From IMG/VR virus record IMGVR_UViG_3300046779_001039, positions 1-25,763 of that record: a stretch of DNA of 25,763 nt. One strand, written 5' to 3'. The position numbers and the translations under genes are program-made. The notes under the pieces were generated by a model. The model did not search any database. It saw only the letters and a program-made list of their open reading frames with translations, and was not told the DNA's origin. Source of the stretch: a virus. Its lineage: Duplodnaviria; Caudoviricetes. Shown in pieces: positions 1 through 8,561 of this stretch (the first letter of the stretch is position 1; every line of letters starts with the position of its first letter).

Positions 1-3
1 AAG

Positions 4-32
4 TTGACCATAGGTGCAAATAACTATATACT
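4..32 (+). promoter_or_regulatory. sigma70-type promoter (TTGACC-N17-TATACT)
   Basis: TTGACC at 4-9, TATACT at 27-32, 17-nt spacer; the ATG follows at 39 with no SD. Confidence 0.75.
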
Positions 33-38
33 TGCACT

Positions 39-725
39 ATGGCCTTATTAATAGAAAAATATAACTACGTACCCTTTAGCAGAGAAAACGTAGACGGGCG
101 CAGACTGTATGCTACACCAGATGGTCGACGTGTCCCAAGTGTTACAACAATCCTAGACAAAACAAAACCTGAAGAAGCCCGAGCTGCACTAGCAGCTTGG
201 CGCCGTTCTGTAGGTGAACAAAAAGCACAACAAATCACTACTGAAGCTGCTAATCGTGGCACACGTATGCACAAATACCTTGAAGACTATGTCAAGGGCG
301 AAATGCTTAGAGAATCAGTAACAAACCCATATGCACAGCAAAGCCTAGATATGGCTAAGATTGTAATTAAAGAAGGGTTTCCTAAAATTAACGAAGTATG
401 GGGTAGTGAAGTTCCGTTGTATTATCCCGGACTATACGCAGGTACTACTGACTGCTGCGGTGTACATGAAGATCAAGAAGCCATTCTAGACTTTAAACAA
501 ACAAACAAGCCTAAGAAATTAGAGCACATTTCAGACTACTTTCTACAGCTTACAGCTTATGCACTAGCACACAACGAAGTACATAAAACTAACATTCGTA
601 AGGGTGTTATTCTAATGTGTAGCAAAGACTATGCATATCAAGAATTTATCTTAAAACCAGAAGATTTTGACTATTGGACAAATCAGTGGTTTGACAGGGT
701 GGAACAGTACTACCGCGAGAACTGA
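39..725 (+). CDS. PD-(D/E)XK family phage exonuclease
   Basis: Motifs PSVTTIL, RGTRMHKYLE, YAGTTD, DFKQT and YFLQLTAYA are typical of the lambda-exo/RecB-like phage nucleases. Confidence 0.85.
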   Translation: MALLIEKYNYVPFSRENVDGRRLYATPDGRRVPSVTTILDKTKPEEARAALAAWRRSVGEQKAQQITTEAANRGTRMHKYLEDYVKGEMLRESVTNPYAQQSLDMAKIVIKEGFPKINEVWGSEVPLYYPGLYAGTTDCCGVHEDQEAILDFKQTNKPKKLEHISDYFLQLTAYALAHNEVHKTNIRKGVILMCSKDYAYQEFILKPEDFDYWTNQWFDRVEQYYREN

Positions 726-749
726 TAAATATCCTATATAGAGGATATT
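726..749 (+). promoter_or_regulatory. TAAATA late-promoter motif with SD-sequestering hairpin
   Basis: TAAATA at 726-731; AATATCCT (728-735) is complementary to AGGATATT (742-749), which covers SD GAGGA. Confidence 0.65.
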
Positions 750-752
750 GAT

Positions 753-2459
753 ATGGCAGTTGTCCAGATAAGTAGAATTCAAATTCGTAGAGGTAAAGCC
801 AATACCGGCACCGGAATCCCACAGTTGGCATCTGGTGAAATGGCGTGGGCTGTAGACACCCAAGAACTATACATCGGTAGTGGTTCAGTTTCAGAGGGTG
901 CGCCTGCTGTTAACAACATTAAGGTTATTACTGAGCTCGATCTCAACGTAAACGGTAACATTCTTAACTTATTACAGTACATTTACAAAGCTGCTGATCC
1001 AGGAATGCAAACGGGTTCTAGCCCTAACATTCCTATTCAACGTCCTATCCAGGATCGCTTAGATGATAGAGTAAACGTAGTTGACTTTGGCGCTAACGGA
1101 CTCGGTGCTGCTACAGACGATACCGCAGCACTACAACGTGCAATTGATCAATTATTCTTAAACACTACAAGAAGCAAAGCCAGTTCTGATACACCAGATG
1201 GTACAAGAAACCGTGTAACATTAGAAATGCCAGCTGGTATTTACAATTTACAAAGCACACTGTATATTCCTAGCTATGCTAGTTTAGTTGGTGCTGGTCC
1301 AGGCAAAAGTATTATTAACTTTACTGGTACAGGTGCAGCTATTAAGTTTGTTAATGATGATTCGCTTCCTGGCGTTCCAGATGACGTTTCTAATACATTA
1401 GGTAATACACAGCCTAGAAATATCTTAATTAAAGATCTAAGCATTTGGACCAATGACGAAACACAACTAGCATTACAACTAGACGTTGTTAAAGACAGCC
1501 TTTTTGAAAACTTAGAAATTAAAGGCAATTGGAACGAAACTCCTAACCAAAGTAATAGAGCAATCGAATTAAATGTAAGGTCTGGTATTGTTACATGCGA
1601 AAATAACATCTTTAAGAATATTTCTATTGAAGGTTATACATACGCTGTTTATAGTAACCAAGACATTTTAAATAACACATTTGAAGACTGCCGTTTTGAC
1701 GATTGCCAATTTGGTTTCTGGTTAGGCAACATTAACGTTTCGAATATTGTTGGTCAGCAGTTTGGTCCAAGAAAGACTGTAATTGCTAACTGTTTCTTTA
1801 ACAACATTAAACGCCATGCAGTATTTGTCGGCGTTGGTACAAAGAATACTATTAAAAACATTAAGATGACTAACGTTGGCAATGATGGCGGCGGCAATGC
1901 TCAAGCAATTTATCCGCAAATCTATATCACATCATATGGCAATAACGTCATTGAAATTGATTCGGACAGAGCCGATGACCTAGCAGCCGAAGTTGCTTTA
2001 CCATACGTACCTGAAGTATCAGGACATGGTACTTACAAGTCTTATGGTTTGAGAAGTATTATTGTTAGTGCGTGGGAACAATACGGCACTGGATTTAGAC
2101 TTCCGTTAGCCACAGCAGCCGATGGTACACCTACTGGTAATATTTCTTATGACATTGATTATATCTATAGAAGTATTAATAACTTTAGCCGTAGAGGTCA
2201 AATTAAAGTTATTGTCGATGTTAATGCGTCTGGTAGTTTAGGAATCCCAATCGTTCAACTAACTGACGATTATGAGTTTGCAGGTAGTGATAGTAATGAA
2301 GTTGCTGCATTAGCATTAGACTTTAGAGCTAGACTATTATTAGCAGACGGCACAGAGTACACAGGTGCGTTAGGCACAGTTCCTACTACATTAGCAATTC
2401 AATATGCTAATGAAACAGACAGTGGCGAATTATTGTACTCATATACTTCAACTTTCTAA
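753..2459 (+). CDS. virion structural / tail-spike-like protein with pectate-lyase-like beta-helix
   Basis: N-terminal RIQIRRG...LASGEMAWAVDTQELYIG phage tail attachment motif; VNVVDFGANG...DDTAALQRAID...PAGIY pectate_lyase_3-like start; Asn-rich beta-helix repeats. Confidence 0.75.
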   Translation: MAVVQISRIQIRRGKANTGTGIPQLASGEMAWAVDTQELYIGSGSVSEGAPAVNNIKVITELDLNVNGNILNLLQYIYKAADPGMQTGSSPNIPIQRPIQDRLDDRVNVVDFGANGLGAATDDTAALQRAIDQLFLNTTRSKASSDTPDGTRNRVTLEMPAGIYNLQSTLYIPSYASLVGAGPGKSIINFTGTGAAIKFVNDDSLPGVPDDVSNTLGNTQPRNILIKDLSIWTNDETQLALQLDVVKDSLFENLEIKGNWNETPNQSNRAIELNVRSGIVTCENNIFKNISIEGYTYAVYSNQDILNNTFEDCRFDDCQFGFWLGNINVSNIVGQQFGPRKTVIANCFFNNIKRHAVFVGVGTKNTIKNIKMTNVGNDGGGNAQAIYPQIYITSYGNNVIEIDSDRADDLAAEVALPYVPEVSGHGTYKSYGLRSIIVSAWEQYGTGFRLPLATAADGTPTGNISYDIDYIYRSINNFSRRGQIKVIVDVNASGSLGIPIVQLTDDYEFAGSDSNEVAALALDFRARLLLADGTEYTGALGTVPTTLAIQYANETDSGELLYSYTSTF

Positions 2460-2468
2460 TCAAACACA

Positions 2469-2498
2469 TTGACGTAAGGTAATATCTACGTATATAAT
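2469..2498 (+). promoter_or_regulatory. sigma70-type promoter upstream of nrdA (TTGACG-N18-TATAAT)
   Basis: TTGACG at 2469-2474 and TATAAT at 2493-2498; a TAAATA motif also lies at 2612-2617. Confidence 0.6.
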
Positions 2499-2658
2499 TC
2501 TTTTTACTCCTGTAATAAGGTAAAAAGTGTTTCGGCTCCTATAAAAATCTACGTGCAAACCGCCGTAAATTATAGATTGTCAATAAGTTTTCCGCGGTTA
2601 GATATGATCGGTAAATACTTCCTAAACACAACATTATTCACAAGAGCGGAATGGACAG

Positions 2659-5019
2659 ATGAGCAAAATAACAGTAATCAAAAGATCAGGAAACAGAGAG
2701 CCATTGGCTGTAGAGAAATGGCAAGCCCAAGTAGCAAAGGTCTGTAGTGGAATAGCTGATGTAAGTCAATCAATGATTGAAATTAAAGCACAGCCTCATT
2801 TCTACGATGGTATGTCTACTAGGGAAATTGATGAAGTTACATTGCGTGCTATTGTTGATCTTATTGATATCGAATCGAACCCAGACGTCGGACATACCAA
2901 TTATCAATACGTAGCAGGCAAGCAACGTTTATCAATGTTACGTAAAGATGTATACGGCGACTACCAAGTTCCTCACATCTATGAAATCGTAAAGAAGAAC
3001 ATAGCAGTTGGTTTATATACTCCAGAGCTTCTCGAATGGTACACAGAAGACGACTGGAACAAGATGAACGACTTGCTAGACCACGACAAGGACGAAGACT
3101 ATTCATATGCTGCAATTGAACAGCTAATTGAAAAGTATCTAGTTCGTAATCGTGCTACAAAAGAGATTTACGAAACTCCGCAAATTCGTTACATGATTGC
3201 AGCAGCAACGGTATTTCACAAAGAAGAACCAAATACTGCTAGGCTAAAGTTTATAAAGGAATATTACAATGCGGCAAGTGATGGACTTTTTACCTTGGCC
3301 ACTCCGGTATTGGCTGGTCTTGGAACTCCTACTAAGCAGTTTAGTAGTTGCGTTCTTATTAGATCCGACGATGACCTGGATTCTATTTTTGCTTCCGGCG
3401 AAATGATGGCCAAGTATGCTAGCAAGCGTGCTGGCATTGGATTAGAAATTGGACGCCTACGCCCATTAGGTAGCCCTATTAGGGGTGGCGAAATCATGCA
3501 CACTGGAATGATCCCGTTTCTAAAGAAATGGTTTGGTGACTTACGTTCATGTTCACAAGGCGGTATTCGTAACGCATCGGCAACAGTATTTTACCCTATC
3601 TGGCATCATCAGTTTGATGACCTTATTGTTCTTAAAAACAATCAAGGTACAGAAGAAACTCGTGTACGCCACATGGACTACGGTGTAGTGCTTTCTGCAT
3701 TCTTTTGGAAGCGATTCAAGAATAAAGAGAATATTACATTCTTTGATCCTAATGAAGTTCCGGACCTATATGAGGCATTCTATAAGAATACAGCGTTGTT
3801 CGAAGAACTCTATGTCAAATACGAAAAGCAAGCAGGACTTAGAAAAAAGTCTATGTCCGCAGAAGAAGTTTTCAAAAGCGGTATCTTAAAAGAGCGTACT
3901 GATACGGGTCGTATCTACCTAGTGTTCATTGACAACGTAATGAACCAAGGACCATTTGATCCTGAATATCATACAATTTATCAAAGTAACCTTTGCTGCG
4001 AAATCCTATTACCTACAAAGTCTTTTAAACGTCTTGACGACGATGAGGGGCGTATTGCTCTTTGCACATTGGGCAGTATCAATTGGGGTGCGTTCCGTAA
4101 CCCAGAAGATATGCGCCGTGCTTGCCGCATTTTACATCGCAGTCTAAACAACATACTAGACTATCAAGACTTCTTGAGTATCCAATCTAAGTTGAGCAAC
4201 GATGAGATTCGTCCAATTGGTATTGGTGTTACTAACCTAGCATACTGGCATGCCAAGCGCGGCCATAAGTATGGCGAAAAAGACTCATTACAAGAAGTTA
4301 AGAGCTGGATGGAACACCAGATGTACTACCTAACTGAATCTAGTGTTGAACTAGCTAAGGAACGTGGTAAGTGTTTGCATAGTGATAAAACTATGTATGG
4401 TAAAGGCATATTCCCGTGGGAAAGGCGTGCCGCTGGCTCTAATGAGTTAGCAGACTTTACACCTGAACTAGACTGGGAACCATTACGTAAGGATATGATC
4501 CAATACGGTGTTCGCAATGCAACTAATGGAGCAATTGCTCCGGTCGAATCTAGCTCAGTTGTTATTAGCTCAACTAACGGTATTGAGATGCCAATGAGTT
4601 TAATTAGTACTAAGGAATCTAAAGCAGGTTCTCTTACACAAGTTGTTCCAGAATACAACAATGCAAAAGTTCGTAAGAACTATCAGCTAATGTGGGAGCA
4701 AACTGATTGCTTGCCTTACCTAAAGACTAGTGCTGTTCTACAAGTGTATATTGATCAAAGTATTTCAACTAACACATTCTACAATCCAGCACACTTTGCG
4801 GATCGTAAAGTACCAACTACATTAATTGCTAAGAACTTAATGCAAGCACAGCTATGGGGGATCAAAACATTCTATTATAGCTTGATCAACAAGCAAGGCG
4901 CTAAGGCACCTGCTGAAGTGATCGCTGAGTCATATGTTAATGGACATAATGTTGCAGGAACAAATGGGTATCACGTTGATATCGACTTAGAAGATGATTG
5001 CGAAAGTTGCAAATTATAA
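2659..5019 (+). CDS. nrdA: ribonucleoside-diphosphate reductase class Ia alpha subunit
   Basis: N-terminal ATP cone (VIKRSG), KQFSSCVL, SNLCCEI active site, KTFYY tyrosine pair, C-terminal CESCKL. Confidence 0.97.
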   Translation: MSKITVIKRSGNREPLAVEKWQAQVAKVCSGIADVSQSMIEIKAQPHFYDGMSTREIDEVTLRAIVDLIDIESNPDVGHTNYQYVAGKQRLSMLRKDVYGDYQVPHIYEIVKKNIAVGLYTPELLEWYTEDDWNKMNDLLDHDKDEDYSYAAIEQLIEKYLVRNRATKEIYETPQIRYMIAAATVFHKEEPNTARLKFIKEYYNAASDGLFTLATPVLAGLGTPTKQFSSCVLIRSDDDLDSIFASGEMMAKYASKRAGIGLEIGRLRPLGSPIRGGEIMHTGMIPFLKKWFGDLRSCSQGGIRNASATVFYPIWHHQFDDLIVLKNNQGTEETRVRHMDYGVVLSAFFWKRFKNKENITFFDPNEVPDLYEAFYKNTALFEELYVKYEKQAGLRKKSMSAEEVFKSGILKERTDTGRIYLVFIDNVMNQGPFDPEYHTIYQSNLCCEILLPTKSFKRLDDDEGRIALCTLGSINWGAFRNPEDMRRACRILHRSLNNILDYQDFLSIQSKLSNDEIRPIGIGVTNLAYWHAKRGHKYGEKDSLQEVKSWMEHQMYYLTESSVELAKERGKCLHSDKTMYGKGIFPWERRAAGSNELADFTPELDWEPLRKDMIQYGVRNATNGAIAPVESSSVVISSTNGIEMPMSLISTKESKAGSLTQVVPEYNNAKVRKNYQLMWEQTDCLPYLKTSAVLQVYIDQSISTNTFYNPAHFADRKVPTTLIAKNLMQAQLWGIKTFYYSLINKQGAKAPAEVIAESYVNGHNVAGTNGYHVDIDLEDDCESCKL

Positions 5020-5044
5020 GCAATCAGTATTATAGGAATTAAAA

Positions 5045-5707
5045 ATGTTAGAAACCATTTGTGATATAATGACTGATGCTTATAAGCGTAACTGGATTAC
5101 GAGTCGTGATGGTAATGTAAGTATTCGTCATCACGACCGTGATCACTTTTACATCACACCTTCGGGTGTGCGTAAGCAAACACTACAACCTGATCAATTT
5201 AAAAAAATTAAAATTAATCGATCTATTCATAGTGGATTTGGAACAGCAGACTTTCTATATGCCTGGGAAGAAATGCCTTACTCAGATATTAGCAGTGCTC
5301 TTAGACCAAGTGGAGAGATTCCCTTACACTTTGGATTACAAAAAGAAATGGGCCAACACAAGGACGATGTTCGTGTAGTAGTACATGTACATCCAACATA
5401 TTGTGTAGCAGCTATGCATGCCGGAATAGATTTGAGTACTGTTGTTAATAGTTTTCCAGAACTAAGTCGATATACTAAAGTTGCTCCTAACGTAGGAGAT
5501 GTTCCTCCTATTAGCCAAGAACTTGCAGATAAATGTTTTGAGAAATTACAATTAGATAATCGGGGAAATATTTCATTTGATATTGTAGGTATCAAAGGTC
5601 ACGGAGTAGTTGCTATCGATACTAGTCCGTGGAGAGCATATGAGCATATTGAAAGATTAGAACATATTTGCAAAATTGTTTTAGCATCTGGAAACTATGA
5701 TAAATGA
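5045..5707 (+). CDS. class II aldolase/adducin family protein
   Basis: DGNVS, FYITPSG, PSGEIPLH, VVHVHP and GHGVVA zinc-binding motifs. Confidence 0.85.
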   Translation: MLETICDIMTDAYKRNWITSRDGNVSIRHHDRDHFYITPSGVRKQTLQPDQFKKIKINRSIHSGFGTADFLYAWEEMPYSDISSALRPSGEIPLHFGLQKEMGQHKDDVRVVVHVHPTYCVAAMHAGIDLSTVVNSFPELSRYTKVAPNVGDVPPISQELADKCFEKLQLDNRGNISFDIVGIKGHGVVAIDTSPWRAYEHIERLEHICKIVLASGNYDK

Positions 5708-5942
5708 AAAATTTGCATGGATACCAAAGCGTGTAACTAGCGGTAAGTGGGTTTGGTTTTCTACGTATTATGAGCATATAGAATTGTATGACAGAAATAC
5801 CGGCAGAGCACCTATAACAACATTTGATTTTAGATGGACTGAAACTGGTGCTGAGAAAACATGGAGAGTTTTAAAAGAGGGTATCGTACACAATCGAAAC
5901 GTGTGGAATGAGCCAGAATTAACAAAAAAAGATAAACTATGA
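5697..5942 (+). CDS. hypothetical protein
   Basis: 81-aa ORF overlapping both neighbours (ATGA overlap with nrdB); Trp-rich FAWIPKRVTSGKWVW. Confidence 0.7.
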   Translation: MINEKFAWIPKRVTSGKWVWFSTYYEHIELYDRNTGRAPITTFDFRWTETGAEKTWRVLKEGIVHNRNVWNEPELTKKDKL

Positions 5943-7039
5943 GCAAAAAACAATACGACTTATCAACAAAAACAGACTATTTGCATAGGAAGATGTTTCT
6001 AGACCCGTCTGGTCCAGTTACTATTCAACGATTTGAAGAAGTCAAATATAACAAGATTGCCGACTTTGAAAAAACAGCTAGAGGGTTCTTTTGGATTCCA
6101 GAAGAAGTTAGCTTGACTAAAGATGCAAATGACTTTAAGGAATCTAGCGATGCGGTTAAACATATCTTTACTAGTAACTTGCTTAGGCAAACTGCTCTTG
6201 ACAGTCTGCAAGGCCGCGGCCCAAGTCAAATCTTTACTCCGGTCGTAAGTCTTCCGGAACTAGAAGCTCTAGTTTACAACTGGACATTCTTTGAAACTAA
6301 TATTCATAGTCGTAGTTACAGTCACATCATTCGTAACATCTACAACGTGCCAAAAGAAGTATTCAATACTATCCACGACACTCAAGAGATTGTTGATATG
6401 GCAAGTTCTATCGGTAACTACTATGAAAAGTTACATCAGCTTAACTGTAAAGTAGAATCGGGTGTTATAGTAAAAGAAGACGATCACATTAAAGCAATTT
6501 ATCTAGCTTTACATGCTAGCTATGCACTAGAAGCATTCCGCTTCATGGTGTCATTTGCTACAAGTCTAGCAATGGTTGAAAACAAGATCTTTATTGGTAA
6601 TGGCAACATTATTAGTTTGATCCTGCAAGACGAATTGTTGCACAAGGGCTGGACAGCTTATCTAATCAATCAAGTTGTTAAAGAAGATGCTCGCTTTGCA
6701 AGGATTGCTAAAGAATGTGAAGCAGAAGTTATTCAAATTTACAAAGATGTAATTGCAGAAGAAAAAGGTTGGGCTGATTACTTGTTCCAGAAGGGACCTG
6801 TTATTGGTCTTAATGCAAACATTTTAAAAGATTTTGTTGACTACACAGCAGTTGGTGCATTAAAAGACATTGGCATTAAGTATTGGGCTCCTGCTCCAAA
6901 GACTACACCAATTCCTTGGTTCAATAAGCACAGTGACACTAGTAAGAAACAAAGCGCATTACAGGAAACAGAATCGACTAGTTATGTTATCGGTGTAATG
7001 TCAGACGTTATCGACTACAACGAATTACCAAATCTATAA
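5939..7039 (+). CDS. nrdB: ribonucleoside-diphosphate reductase class Ia beta subunit
   Basis: FFWIPEEV, LDSLQGR, ETNIHSRSY (metal ligands and radical Tyr), LEAFRF, DELLH, QETESTSY. Confidence 0.97.
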   Translation: MSKKQYDLSTKTDYLHRKMFLDPSGPVTIQRFEEVKYNKIADFEKTARGFFWIPEEVSLTKDANDFKESSDAVKHIFTSNLLRQTALDSLQGRGPSQIFTPVVSLPELEALVYNWTFFETNIHSRSYSHIIRNIYNVPKEVFNTIHDTQEIVDMASSIGNYYEKLHQLNCKVESGVIVKEDDHIKAIYLALHASYALEAFRFMVSFATSLAMVENKIFIGNGNIISLILQDELLHKGWTAYLINQVVKEDARFARIAKECEAEVIQIYKDVIAEEKGWADYLFQKGPVIGLNANILKDFVDYTAVGALKDIGIKYWAPAPKTTPIPWFNKHSDTSKKQSALQETESTSYVIGVMSDVIDYNELPNL

Positions 7040-7048
7040 GGGAAAATA

Positions 7049-7291
7049 ATGATTACAGTATATACAAAAAGCACTTGTCCTAAGTGCGAACAGGCAAAAG
7101 CATTACTTGACAGTAAGGGTATCGAGTATGCTACAATTAACGTTGAGCAGAACCCACCAGCAAGAGAACTGCTAGTTAATATGGGACTCCGTTCAGTACC
7201 TCAAATCTTTAACGGTGATGAGTTACTAGAAGGTGGTGCTGATGGTCTGGCAGCAAGACCAGAAGAGTTTTGGACAACATTGAAGGGATAA
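7049..7291 (+). CDS. glutaredoxin
   Basis: CPKC active site, SVPQIF and GG motifs; directly after nrdB. Confidence 0.92.
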   Translation: MITVYTKSTCPKCEQAKALLDSKGIEYATINVEQNPPARELLVNMGLRSVPQIFNGDELLEGGADGLAARPEEFWTTLKG

Positions 7292-7292
7292 T

Positions 7293-7583
7293 ATGTTAAT
7301 TGATAAAGGCGTAGCAGAAGGCGAAGTAATCACACTTAAACTTACAAGTGGTGAAGAATTAGTAGGCAAGTTAGTTGAAGAAACAACAGCCCACTATAAA
7401 CTAAACAGACCTATGGTCATTGGTATGGGTGCAAAAGGCCCAGGCCTAATGCCATACTTGTTTACAGTACATCCAGATAAGGATATCAAAATCCTTAAAG
7501 GAACAGTTGTAGTTGCAGAAGCAACTGATGCAGAATTTGCTAAACAGTTCCTAGAAAGCACATCTGGTATCAAACTAGTATAA
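7293..7583 (+). CDS. conserved phage hypothetical protein (possible Sm-like fold)
   Basis: LKLTSGEELVGKL beta-hairpin pattern; tightly packed in the operon. Confidence 0.65.
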   Translation: MLIDKGVAEGEVITLKLTSGEELVGKLVEETTAHYKLNRPMVIGMGAKGPGLMPYLFTVHPDKDIKILKGTVVVAEATDAEFAKQFLESTSGIKLV

Positions 7584-7891
7584 TGGCTTCTGTATCTTTA
7601 GAAGGCGATACAAATGTACACGGTGGTGCACCGTTTAATACAGGGTTATCCTCGACTGTTAAGATAGGTAACAAGGGCGTTGCCCTTGTTAACCAAACAA
7701 CTAGTAGTCAAAACGACACACTTTATAATCAAGACCCTATTGGGCACTCTCAAGGTATTGCAGCTAATCAATTAGCTAGCAGTGGAAGCGGAACTGTTCG
7801 TATTGAAGGCAAAGCTGTTCATCGAATTGGAGATGCTAGACTCGACGGCACAACATCAGGGCCTGGACTTAGCACTGTTAATATAGGCTAA
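7583..7891 (+). CDS. PAAR-like spike tip protein (T4 gp5.4-like)
   Basis: Three degenerate repeats (SVSLEGD..H; STVKIGNKGVALV; GSGTVRIEGKAVHRIGD) and STVNIG terminus. Confidence 0.7.
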   Translation: MASVSLEGDTNVHGGAPFNTGLSSTVKIGNKGVALVNQTTSSQNDTLYNQDPIGHSQGIAANQLASSGSGTVRIEGKAVHRIGDARLDGTTSGPGLSTVNIG

Positions 7892-7900
7892 CCAAATACA

Positions 7901-7929
7901 TTGCGTCTAAGTCTCATTTAATTTATAAT
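7901..7929 (+). promoter_or_regulatory. sigma70-type promoter (TTGCGT-N17-TATAAT)
   Basis: TTGCGT at 7901-7906, TATAAT at 7924-7929; ATG at 7936 without SD. Confidence 0.7.
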
Positions 7930-7935
7930 GCTTGC

Positions 7936-8511
7936 ATGAATAAATTAATACTTACAGACGCAGACGGCGTACTTTTAGACTGGGAATGGGCTTTTCGTGT
8001 TTGGATGCTAGAACGCGGATACACCCTTACAGATGATCACAAGAACAGTTATTATCTGCACCACCACTACAACGAACTCACACAACCTGAAGCTAAAAAG
8101 CAAGTGAAGATTTTTAACGAATCTGCTGCTATTGGCTTTCTTCCTGCCCTGCGGGATAGTGTTCATTATGTTAAAAATCTTCATGAAGAACACGGGTACC
8201 AATTTAGAGTTATTACTAGCCTTAGTCTAGACAAAAATGCACAAAAACTACGCGAAATGAACTTGCGTAAAATCTTTGGCAACGCTATTGAAACTGTAAT
8301 CTGTTTAGATACTGGTGCTGACAAGGATCAAGCACTTGCTCCTTACAAAGATAGCGGAATGTTTTGGATTGAAGACAAACCCGAAAATGCCGATGTTGGC
8401 TATAAACTAGGGCTTAAAAGCATTCTAGTAGAGCACGGGCACAATATGCATCACGAATGCCCGTATCCTGTAGTTAAAAACTGGAAAGAGATCTACTCAA
8501 TCATTGTCTAA
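7936..8511 (+). CDS. HAD-superfamily phosphatase, 5'(3')-deoxyribonucleotidase-like
   Basis: Motif I LTDADGVLLDW, motif II VITS, motif III K, motif IV WIEDKPEN. Confidence 0.85.
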   Translation: MNKLILTDADGVLLDWEWAFRVWMLERGYTLTDDHKNSYYLHHHYNELTQPEAKKQVKIFNESAAIGFLPALRDSVHYVKNLHEEHGYQFRVITSLSLDKNAQKLREMNLRKIFGNAIETVICLDTGADKDQALAPYKDSGMFWIEDKPENADVGYKLGLKSILVEHGHNMHHECPYPVVKNWKEIYSIIV

Positions 8512-8521
8512 CACCCTGCTA

Positions 8522-8558
8522 GACTCACATAAATACACTATTATTGGTTTATGGAGTT
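8522..8558 (+). promoter_or_regulatory. TAAATA late-promoter motif with SD-sequestering hairpin
   Basis: GACTC-a-CATAAA (8522-8533) pairs with TTTATG-GAGTT (8548-8558); TAAATA at 8530-8535; SD GGAG at 8553-8556. Confidence 0.7.
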
Positions 8559-8561
8559 AAT

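Noticed and set aside
39-725. Cas4/CRISPR system
   Set aside because: The nuclease lacks the Cas4 four-Cys Fe-S pattern, and I saw no repeat-spacer array or other cas genes.
2553-2747. 64-aa ORF overlapping the nrdA start
   Set aside because: GTG start without SD, out-of-frame overlap with nrdA, and it spans a promoter region.
2659-7039. Intron, intein or homing endonuclease in nrdA/nrdB
   Set aside because: Both are uninterrupted and of normal length, and the intervening ORFs lack HNH, GIY-YIG or LAGLIDADG motifs.
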